A stretch of 64,000 nucleotides of DNA from Candidatus Omnitrophota bacterium. Lineage in GTDB: Bacteria > Omnitrophota > Gorgyraeia > Zapsychrales > Zapsychraceae. The first letter of the stretch is position 1. Every line of letters begins with the position of its first letter. The position numbers were made by a program, and so were the translations under genes. The notes under the pieces are model-generated. The model ran no database searches and was not told the origin of the DNA. It saw only the letters and a list, made by a program, of their open reading frames with translations. The DNA lies in NCBI GenBank assembly GCA_021108075.1, contig JAIORP010000090.1, positions 15,828 to 79,827 of the forward strand. Reading direction: 5' to 3'. Shown piece by piece: positions 37,148 through 44,862 of this stretch.

Positions 37148-38620
37148 TTAATAAGTAATATTGACATACGGATCATTTTGCACATCGGTAATCCATTTGC
37201 GGCCTCTTATATCCCGGATCCGACTCCGCACAAAAATGCGCGGATAAATCGGAGGAACCGCGGCCATATCTCCTGCGATATAACAGGTTAAAACCAGATT
37301 ATTGCCGGAAAAACAATCAGGGAGTCCATTGCTACAACCGCCGTGAGGACTACAACAGACTTCAACAGGATTATATCCTGGACGCTCCGGATCAACTTGT
37401 GCCGCAGGAAGATATTCAAAACCCGTTTGGTGCACACAGAAACGACCTGTATCCGCACTAAGCTGAAGAAGCCGCGAGATGACATCAATCTGATCTTTTT
37501 TCTGTGCGTTACGCACAAACTGACGTCCTGGTTGATCTGCCGCGAACAGCTTTCCCTCTTCAATTAAAAGGTAGTGCCCCGGTTCGGTTTTGGTATAAAC
37601 CTGCATGTCACTCTGAAAGCCTGACCGGGGTTTTGTGTCGCTATCATTCACACCCGAATCCCAATCGCCTTCTTGAAAATCTTCAACGTAATAACTTATC
37701 GCCCGCCCCCAACCATCGCTGACCATGCTCCAGACTCGCTCTTGTTTAAGATCTCCATCCAGATCGAGCATAACATTAACCTCTTCAGCGATATTCATCA
37801 ATTCTGCTATATTGAAATTCCGGGTAATCGTACTATTTTTGGTCGAATCCCACCCCCGCACACGGACCCATTGCCAACCAAATTCTGCGCGAAGGGCTGG
37901 ACCAACGACATCGGTGGCTCCATCGCGATCCAGATCAAAACGGTCGTCTTCAGGCAATAAATCAGCGGGACACGAATTCGGGCAAGTTGAGGTAGGCGTT
38001 CCACAACAATATTTTTCACTCGCCCGATGGTTGAAAACCTTCATTGGAAAAAACCGACAACCCGCGGGGCTTTGAGTCGTTATAATAGCTCCTGTTGGAC
38101 TGAATGATGTCGTCGATCGGATCAGACAATTAGGATCCCAGGCGGAATCAGGACCTGTCATTGGAACCGCAATAGTAACATAGTTAGATATTGTTAAAGG
38201 AAAATATTGTCCATTAACAAAAGCATCAATTCGTGCAATGTCTTGCCTGTCATTTCCTTCAATAGCCATAAACAGGTGACGGCTAAAACTAGCGGAGCCG
38301 CTAGCCATGTACGGTGATCTGTTCTTCGAGGCAAATTTTGCGGATGCTCCTGCTAATCGATCTTCAACATAAATTACTGTTGCGCTGTTGCGCGAAGCCA
38401 TCGGCCCTGCCCCCATCATTCCTTCCGAATACATGTACGACTGTTGCAGGGCCATCCGCATCGCTCGAATATGATGATGCTGCCCATAAGATTGATTCAT
38501 AGATTGCTTAACCGTAACGCCGATGACAAAAAGAAGAACCGATCCAAAAACAGCCAATTCTAAAGCTGTTTGTCCCCAACGATTATCTGCTTTTTTTTGT
38601 TTTATATAAATTTGATTCAT
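37148..38620 (-). CDS. TadG-like large pseudopilin (490 aa) with Ca-binding-like D-x-D-x-D-G motifs.
   Basis: N-terminus NRWG|QTALELAVFGSVLLFVIG has Glu at +5 and a hydrophobic helix. Later motifs include FDLDRDGATDVVGP and LDLDGDLKQ. Confidence 0.6.
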   Translation of the reverse strand: MNQIYIKQKKADNRWGQTALELAVFGSVLLFVIGVTVKQSMNQSYGQHHHIRAMRMALQQSYMYSEGMMGAGPMASRNSATVIYVEDRLAGASAKFASKNRSPYMASGSASFSRHLFMAIEGNDRQDIARIDAFVNGQYFPLTISNYVTIAVPMTGPDSAWDPNCLIRSTTSFSPTGAIITTQSPAGCRFFPMKVFNHRASEKYCCGTPTSTCPNSCPADLLPEDDRFDLDRDGATDVVGPALRAEFGWQWVRVRGWDSTKNSTITRNFNIAELMNIAEEVNVMLDLDGDLKQERVWSMVSDGWGRAISYYVEDFQEGDWDSGVNDSDTKPRSGFQSDMQVYTKTEPGHYLLIEEGKLFAADQPGRQFVRNAQKKDQIDVISRLLQLSADTGRFCVHQTGFEYLPAAQVDPERPGYNPVEVCCSPHGGCSNGLPDCFSGNNLVLTCYIAGDMAAVPPIYPRIFVRSRIRDIRGRKWITDVQNDPYVNITY

Positions 38621-38636
38621 GTTAATCTAAAATTGT

Positions 38637-38673
38637 CGGTTCAGCCATGTTCCTGTTCACTGGCTGAACCGAA
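38637..38673. promoter_or_regulatory. Perfect 12-bp inverted repeat with a 13-nt spacer (TCGGTTCAGCCA-N13-TGGCTGAACCGA) in the short gap between the last pilin gene and the TadG-like gene. No flanking T-run. Intercistronic stem-loop or operator.
   Basis: Read directly from the sequence. Lies between the pilin stop at 38679 and the TadG-like start at 38620. Confidence 0.6.
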
Positions 38674-38678
38674 ACAAA

Positions 38679-39002
38679 CTAATAAGAGGCGACCCCTTCG
38701 TAGCCTATTTTTCTTTCCGTGCTGACCGTCATGTCTCGTCGTCGTGACCAATATCCAGTCGGATCATCGACGGTAATTAACTGTGTATTCGTATTATGTT
38801 CTAGCGTGTACAGCAAGGAGGTGTTGCCGAGTCGAGGATCATATTGGTCACCTAATCCGTCGACAGCTGCTTTCCATCGTCCCTGAATGCCTCTTTTGTA
38901 GTAATTGCTGATGCCGACAAACGCGCCCAATAAAATCACAATAATCGACGTGTACTCAAGGACGCTTTGGGCTTTTTTATTCTTTATCAGTCGTTTTAGC
39001 AT
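38679..39002 (-). CDS. Flp/type IVb pilin paralog.
   Basis: N-terminus KKA|QSVLEYTSIIVILLGAFVG. Good RBS (aggaagga) and a TATAAT box upstream on the minus strand. Confidence 0.7.
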   Translation of the reverse strand: MLKRLIKNKKAQSVLEYTSIIVILLGAFVGISNYYKRGIQGRWKAAVDGLGDQYDPRLGNTSLLYTLEHNTNTQLITVDDPTGYWSRRRDMTVSTERKIGYEGVASY

Positions 39003-39067
39003 TCTAATCTTCCTTCCTAAAGCAATTATACTATATTACAATAAATAAATAACATTTACCATAAATA

Positions 39068-39403
39068 TTATCGATCTCGATGTCCCATGTTGATTTTTGC
39101 ATTGGACACCGTGTAGATGGTGTCATCGTAGACGAAATTAAATATTCCCAATCGTTCCATTCGCCGTTTGTTCACCTGCGATCTTCTCGACGTATAGGAA
39201 TGCTCAAGATGCCCTCTCTCGCGTGAAAATTCTTGTTCAGCATTATGCTGATTTCCAATCTGATCGACGACCAAACGAATCATTGTCTGTGTTGACCTTT
39301 TTATGAGCGGAAGCATGGCATACATCAAACCCGTTACAAGAGTTAAGACGACCGTATATTCTAACATTGTTTGTGCTTGATTTTCATATTTTCGTCTTAA
39401 CAT
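39068..39403 (-). CDS. Flp/type IVb pilin paralog.
   Basis: N-terminus NQA|QTMLEYTVVLTLVTGLMYAML. Confidence 0.65.
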   Translation of the reverse strand: MLRRKYENQAQTMLEYTVVLTLVTGLMYAMLPLIKRSTQTMIRLVVDQIGNQHNAEQEFSRERGHLEHSYTSRRSQVNKRRMERLGIFNFVYDDTIYTVSNAKINMGHRDR

Positions 39404-39411
39404 AAATTATT

Positions 39412-39801
39412 TTATTCCCAACGAGCCGTTCCTGGTGCCCCGGTTTCCGATTGAGTGACGCTTGTTTTTGATTCGTCCACAATTTTACGAAAAATCCCTG
39501 TTGTTCCTCCTGGCAATAAACGGGTGTCATGTGTGGCGCGCGCAGCTGAACGTGTTATCACATTTGAATAATAGGGTTCATATTCTGCTCGGTAGAGTTC
39601 CTGTACAATATGGGGGTCAGATCGGTCGACGATAATCGCAAACATGGTGCGTCGAGCATCTTTGAAACGAGCCTGGACCGCACGCTTAAAATAAAAACTG
39701 ATGGCTGTTAACATGGCTAAAAACATTGTTATAAAAATAACATATTCGGTTGACATCGCTTGTGCTTTTTTGTTCCGGATTTTTCTTAACATAACACACA
39801 C
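39412..39801 (-). CDS. Flp/type IVb pilin paralog (atypical spacing of the Glu).
   Basis: N-terminus KKAQAMSTEYVIFITMFLAMLTAISFYF. It lies 8 bp upstream of the next pilin gene. Confidence 0.55.
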   Translation of the reverse strand: MCVMLRKIRNKKAQAMSTEYVIFITMFLAMLTAISFYFKRAVQARFKDARRTMFAIIVDRSDPHIVQELYRAEYEPYYSNVITRSAARATHDTRLLPGGTTGIFRKIVDESKTSVTQSETGAPGTARWE

Positions 39802-40737
39802 TTTTCCTTGATATTACAAGTATAACTGAAAATTTCCTTGCTGACCATATCACATATAATATTATACAGAAAAAAAATAAAAAATAAATAAAATCTTTTT
39901 TTTCATAAGTTTCCTTTTTTAATGTCAATTCAAGGCAGCACACTATCTTGTCCGCTTTCAGCGCTGTTCAAAACTAAAAGACCTGCCTGACATATCCATG
40001 CGAAGTAGTAATCTGATCAAGGGGCCTCTAACGCATTTGCGATTCTTGACTTACTTTGTTACGAAATTTTGTCGTGCGTTGCATCAGCCTGAAAAAATGT
40101 CCCAATAGTTAAACGGAACAACCTATAACGATAATGAATCTCGTCGCGCATGAACCGTCAAAAAAATATTGCTGCCGTGATGATCAAATACTCGTCGACA
40201 AATCAAAAAAATAAAGACGGCCTTATTCAATAATTCATTTAAATTGACAAAATAATCATGCTTAAATCAACACATGATTTAAAGAGAAAACACGTAATGA
40301 TGGAAGACCTGACGGAATAATATTCTCATGCCTTTTTTCGCAGCCAAAAATAAAAACAGAACCCGTTAATATAAAAAGTCGTTAAATAAATATAATCAGC
40401 ACATCTTTATAGGACGACACTATCATCTAACAATCAAAACCGGATCCTGAACAAAGCATGCGATATTGATGGAACAGCAGAGTTCAAACTGTATCACAAT
40501 AAAATCATCTTCCCTAAAATAATAAAGAAATCATCACATTTTTTCTGAGCGATTTTTTCCTTCTGCAAAAAATCATCCTAGCATCACCCACTCACAACAC
40601 GATCCGCTCATTTAAATAGACACAAAAAGTATTGTCACATATAGATTTATAATACTATCGCCTAAATTTAGAAAAGTCGCATTGGACTCTTTAAATGACT
40701 GATTATCGCTCATACAAATACTTTTTTGCGAACACAC

Positions 40738-40773
40738 AAAAGGCTTGTCAGAAAAATCCTGACAAGCCTTTTG
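40738..40773 (-). terminator. Strong rho-independent terminator. A 10-bp GC-rich stem (GGCTTGTCAG/CTGACAAGCC) with a 7-nt loop, flanked by A-run and T-run so it is bidirectional. Lies ~30 nt past the stop of pilin gene 40806..41132.
   Basis: aaaaggcttgtcagaaaaatcctgacaagcctttt read directly. Confidence 0.8.
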
Positions 40774-40805
40774 TTACAACTAACAAAACAACTGTAAGGT
40801 TATTA

Positions 40806-41132
40806 TTAACCCCAGAATTCTTGTTGAACGTTGATGATAAATTCATTCAATAGAGTGTTAGTTACTTCTGCGCCAGTCAATGTTGATGTTGTAACACCAG
40901 TAGTGAACGAATCTAAAGTAGTACTAATTGTCGATGTCTGAACTCTTACGTTTGTGTTACCACTGGAGAATTGGTCTCCAATGTCATCAGCAGCACTTTT
41001 AAATCGTCCTTGCAAGCCTCTTTTTATGTATACTTGAATGGACAATAAAGCACCAATGATAATGATAATGAGAACAGCGTATTCAAGGGTGCTTTGCCCT
41101 TTTTGTCTTTTTTTGTTTAAATACTTAAACAT
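40806..41132 (-). CDS. Flp/type IVb pilin paralog.
   Basis: N-terminus QKG|QSTLEYAVLIIIIIGALLSIQ. RBS aggagga. Confidence 0.7.
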   Translation of the reverse strand: MFKYLNKKRQKGQSTLEYAVLIIIIIGALLSIQVYIKRGLQGRFKSAADDIGDQFSSGNTNVRVQTSTISTTLDSFTTGVTTSTLTGAEVTNTLLNEFIINVQQEFWG

Positions 41133-41192
41133 TAGTCTTTCCTCCTGATAAAAGTTTATATCTATAGAATCATAGAATTAGAAAGTCTTAAA

Positions 41193-41561
41193 TTACCAAT
41201 CTTCACCCGCACCAACTTGTGAGTTGTAAAGGGATGTTTGATAACCAGCAGATTGTCTCGTTCTTTCATTGTCTGCCAAGTGTCTTGCACCATATATAAC
41301 TTGGTCATCCAACTCTTTAACATCCACGTCTTGTCTACTAATAGAATAGTTTGATTGCAAGTAGTATGGTTCGTACTGCATTGTAGTACCCATATCAGTT
41401 GTGGAATCTGACATGAACTTTGCTGCATCTTTCACGCGAGCTTGCAAAGCTCTTTGTGCATATGTTTGCATCGCAATAATACCTGCAACAACGAGAGAAA
41501 TCAAAATAGCATATTCAGCGGTATTTTGCGCTTTTTTATTTTTAAAAAGTTTCTTAAACAT
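41193..41561 (-). CDS. Flp/type IVb pilin paralog.
   Basis: N-terminus KKA|QNTAEYAILISLVVAGIIAMQ. RBS aggagga. Confidence 0.7.
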   Translation of the reverse strand: MFKKLFKNKKAQNTAEYAILISLVVAGIIAMQTYAQRALQARVKDAAKFMSDSTTDMGTTMQYEPYYLQSNYSISRQDVDVKELDDQVIYGARHLADNERTRQSAGYQTSLYNSQVGAGEDW

Positions 41562-41622
41562 TTATTTTCCTCCTAAAGTTACTATCAATAAATAATTTCC
41601 ATAATGATAACTGTAAAATAAA

Positions 41623-41826
41623 TTATCGAGAACCTGATAATCTATTAGCCATTTTTGACATGCCATTGGTACCAGTTAAAAGCGTAGTGTTAAATGCAGT
41701 TTGAAAGACACCACCACTGGCAAGGAAAATCAAAAGGGCGGCGATTACAGCAGCGAACAAAATAATGTATTCTACCGTACTCTGTCCTTTTTTCTTTTTT
41801 GATTTCATGATATTTCTTTTGAGCAT
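41623..41826 (-). CDS. Flp/type IVb pilin paralog (67 aa).
   Basis: N-terminus KKG|QSTVEYIILFAAVIAALLIF. RBS aaggagga. Confidence 0.7.
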   Translation of the reverse strand: MLKRNIMKSKKKKGQSTVEYIILFAAVIAALLIFLASGGVFQTAFNTTLLTGTNGMSKMANRLSGSR

Positions 41827-41892
41827 TATTATCCTCCTTAAACATATAACTTAACTTTACCCCAATAAAACATTCTTCTTCTTGAAGAACAT

Positions 41893-42063
41893 TTATTCTG
41901 CTGTGAATTCATTTTGAATCATCTGTTGCGTTGCCTGAACCGAACGATACACATAAGTACCCATTGCTATAACTGCAGAAGATATAATAGCTGCGACTAT
42001 GGCATATTCAATTAAATGTTGTCCCTTTTGTCTTTTTATTTTTTTTTGTTTAATTGACATCAT
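41893..42063 (-). CDS. Flp/type IVb pilin paralog (56 aa, below the track's size cut-off).
   Basis: Hand translation of the minus strand gives MMSIKQKKIKRQKG|QHLIEYAIVAAIISSAVIAMGTYVYRSVQATQQMIQNEFTAE*. Confidence 0.6.
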   Translation of the reverse strand: MMSIKQKKIKRQKGQHLIEYAIVAAIISSAVIAMGTYVYRSVQATQQMIQNEFTAE

Positions 42064-42349
42064 CGCCGCTACCTTATGTGTTCAACAAATAACTTTGCCT
42101 TCACTCCTAACCTTTAAGAGTAAAAATTCAAGAAGGCTCTATCCCTTCTCAAAAAATAAACCTGAGAACGGGCCCTTCAGCAACTATAAGCTTAAAAACA
42201 CTTATAATTTACTGAAGGAGTTCAAACACCTTGTGGTGTGGAAGTTCAATTTTCAAAGATTCTCATATTATATCTGACAAATATTATGATAAAAGTATAC
42301 CATATAGAAATTACTTCTGTCAATGCTTCAGTTTTAACTAAAAATTATT

Positions 42350-44374
42350 TCAAAAATCAATAAATAACAACTTATTTTCCTGCGTCTTGATATGAGCGGC
42401 ATTAAGTCTTTGGCAGGCTTGTCGCAGTAATTTAGAATTTTCACAAACTCTTGATTCGCAAAGGTTTACGTTTACTTCATTGTCTGTCTTGCAAAATTTA
42501 CCCCGCAGGGACAACAAGGCGGCAAACGCATCTTCCCATTCTTCATTGGAAAGATATTTAAAATATAAATCTGGAAAAAATCTTTTCAATGTATATAAAA
42601 TAAGATCCTGCGCATAACTTTCAATCAAACTGATCACTCCTTGATCCATGGAAGCCATATCAAATGAAGCTTCCGGCATCTCGCAATTGTCCTCTTTTCG
42701 CCCATAGCCTACGTCTAAGTCGATCTGAGCAAAATTTCGCCAGCTACATAGATAAGAAAAAAGCACATCCTCCGTCTCTTGAGATAAATCATTCGTAATT
42801 AATGTACAGATTTCTTTATCCCTCTTTTCATTCCAAATACTAATGCCTTTTAATATAAAACTCACTTCTTCTCCGTTCTTCTCTGATATTGGAATCAATC
42901 CTTCCTTATAATAAAAAACCTCATCGTAGGCATTGTGATAAATAGCCTTAAAATCTCCCCTATTAAGCATTGCGAGTCCTTCTTGATACTGACAAACATA
43001 CGGCAGAGAAGAGCCGGGTTCTATCTGACCCTTCACATTTAAAAACATTCTGCTTTTCTGCTTGGGGTTTATTCCAATAACAACTCGCCTTTTCATCCTA
43101 GGAAAAACATCAAATGTTGCTAAAGGTTGCTGATTACTGCTGCAGATATTTATTTGCTTCACTTCTTGCGTTGAAACAGAGAAAAAAACCTTTAAAAAAG
43201 AATGGAGATGAGGGACATCGACATCTAACGAAGAAACATAAAAAACGTCCTGGTTACTGATAATATATTTTGTAACATCCTCAATTGATTTTAATAAAGT
43301 GCTTGTATTAATTGGGGGGGGAGCTGTGTGGACTGTAAATTGACTAAAATTAATGAAATATTTCGTGCCATCTACCAAGTTAAGCTCAACAAAGGCCGTT
43401 CCTAAAAAAACTTCCCTTTTACGCATTTTATATTCAAAAAGAATTTGTTCGGATATTTGTTGCTGATTAAGCGTGGCCCACTCCCGATTCAGGTCGACCT
43501 CTTTATAATTTAAAATACATTGAAATAATTCTGTCTGAGCGGAAACGAATGACATGGTGTCTTCCAGGCTATCAAGAAACACCCTTTGCTTTATGACCTT
43601 AAGCATCGTAAGCAGAGAGAGGGCATCCGGTAAATTCTTGGACCATAAACGAGACGTGCTTTGAAACAACTCTTGCCAAAAGGCACCTCGATTTAATTCC
43701 CATTCAGCAGCTCGAACAAAAACCATTCCCATGTTGGGAAAAACTGGGGACATCCTTTGTTCATATTCACGTTTTAATGTGCGAACATATTGTAAAAATT
43801 CCTGATGTTTCTTTTCACGCCAGAAAGGATTTTGTTTCGAATCCTTTAACCTCATTTTTCTATCCGGAATATGCGGTTCCTTTTTAGAAATGACGGGTAT
43901 CGCCTCTTCCCGTCTCTGTTCCAGCTCGTGTGTCCCATCCCCTTTAAACTGTTGCTCTGCCAGTAGAAGTTTATCAATTTCTTTTTTCAAGTCAGGCCTC
44001 TTCTTTATTCGGATGCTGTTCCTGTCTACGGATATATTTGAAGGTAAACTTTTAAAGAGCTGATTCTTTTTCTGTTCCGGGATAATAAACTTCAGTTCTT
44101 TTGGTGCATTCTTTTTTTGAAAACGTCTGCCGACCTGATTGCTTAATAGCGCTTTTTTGAGTATGGTATTAACAGAGGATTTGGATATTTTTATTTCAAA
44201 TTCCTTGCTCGCTAGTTCCGCTAACGCACGGCAACCGGAGGAAGGATTTTCTTTTTTAGCGTTGACAATATAGTCAACAACTTCTTTTTTTAATTTGTGA
44301 ATGACTCCCATAAATATATGATCAAAAATTTTTATTTTATAAAAATTATTAATGGTTTTATTGCATACAATCAA
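42350..44374 (-). CDS. 674-aa Lys-rich hypothetical protein with an N-terminal helix-turn-helix resembling transposase/Psq-type HTH. Function unknown; possible regulator or domesticated transposase.
   Basis: ...VDYIVNAKKENPSSGCRALAELASKEFEIKISKSSVNTILKKA... near the N-terminus. No TM segments, and no other motif I recognise. Confidence 0.4.
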   Translation of the reverse strand: MIVCNKTINNFYKIKIFDHIFMGVIHKLKKEVVDYIVNAKKENPSSGCRALAELASKEFEIKISKSSVNTILKKALLSNQVGRRFQKKNAPKELKFIIPEQKKNQLFKSLPSNISVDRNSIRIKKRPDLKKEIDKLLLAEQQFKGDGTHELEQRREEAIPVISKKEPHIPDRKMRLKDSKQNPFWREKKHQEFLQYVRTLKREYEQRMSPVFPNMGMVFVRAAEWELNRGAFWQELFQSTSRLWSKNLPDALSLLTMLKVIKQRVFLDSLEDTMSFVSAQTELFQCILNYKEVDLNREWATLNQQQISEQILFEYKMRKREVFLGTAFVELNLVDGTKYFINFSQFTVHTAPPPINTSTLLKSIEDVTKYIISNQDVFYVSSLDVDVPHLHSFLKVFFSVSTQEVKQINICSSNQQPLATFDVFPRMKRRVVIGINPKQKSRMFLNVKGQIEPGSSLPYVCQYQEGLAMLNRGDFKAIYHNAYDEVFYYKEGLIPISEKNGEEVSFILKGISIWNEKRDKEICTLITNDLSQETEDVLFSYLCSWRNFAQIDLDVGYGRKEDNCEMPEASFDMASMDQGVISLIESYAQDLILYTLKRFFPDLYFKYLSNEEWEDAFAALLSLRGKFCKTDNEVNVNLCESRVCENSKLLRQACQRLNAAHIKTQENKLLFIDF

Positions 44375-44426
44375 AAAAACTTTTCATCGACACATCGATT
44401 TGTACTGCAGCGCATCAATAAAAAAA

Positions 44427-44768
44427 TCAAGAAATGTCTAATTCGTCATCGACTGAAACACCTTTTTGGGCTATCTTGCCACTGGGCAACTCAATACAAT
44501 AACTTGATTTTGAGTAAATACGGCTCATTCTCCACGGTTTAATGTTTTCAAGCAAGCCAACGACTTTGTGATTCTTGGAAACAAAAATCACATCAATAGC
44601 AAATCGCATAAAAAACATATGAATGGAATTGCAACGGGTGATGACCAGCCCTTCGTCGTCACTTAAAGACAATCGACTCATAAGCCCGATCAGCCGCGAA
44701 AAAAATGAATCGGCCATGCGCACATTGCTAGCAATGATACTGTTTTTCGTTTTATTCTTGACGATCAA
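44427..44768 (-). CDS. DUF192/UPF0127-like small protein.
   Basis: 113 aa with ...RLIGLMSR...ITRCNSIHMFFMRFAIDVIFVSKNHKVVGLLENIKPW...IELPSGKIAQKGVSVDDEL, matching the conserved CxxIHTfFM.fpIDvvFlD pattern of the family. Confidence 0.5.
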   Translation of the reverse strand: MIVKNKTKNSIIASNVRMADSFFSRLIGLMSRLSLSDDEGLVITRCNSIHMFFMRFAIDVIFVSKNHKVVGLLENIKPWRMSRIYSKSSYCIELPSGKIAQKGVSVDDELDIS

Positions 44769-44862
44769 AATAAACCTCCTTTAAAAACACTCTGCTAGCA
44801 ACAATCAAAAAAGGCCCTTTTCCTAAGGGCCCTTATAATAAACGAACATTGTTTCACCCGAA

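Noticed and set aside
37288-38075. Internal ORFs on both strands within the TadG-like gene.
   Set aside because: They are fully contained in a longer ORF that has a clear pseudopilin N-terminus.
39686-39943. 85-aa minus-strand ORF overlapping the start of pilin 39412..39801.
   Set aside because: No pilin motif, and the translation is low-complexity (FFFFC, KK). It overlaps a bona fide gene.
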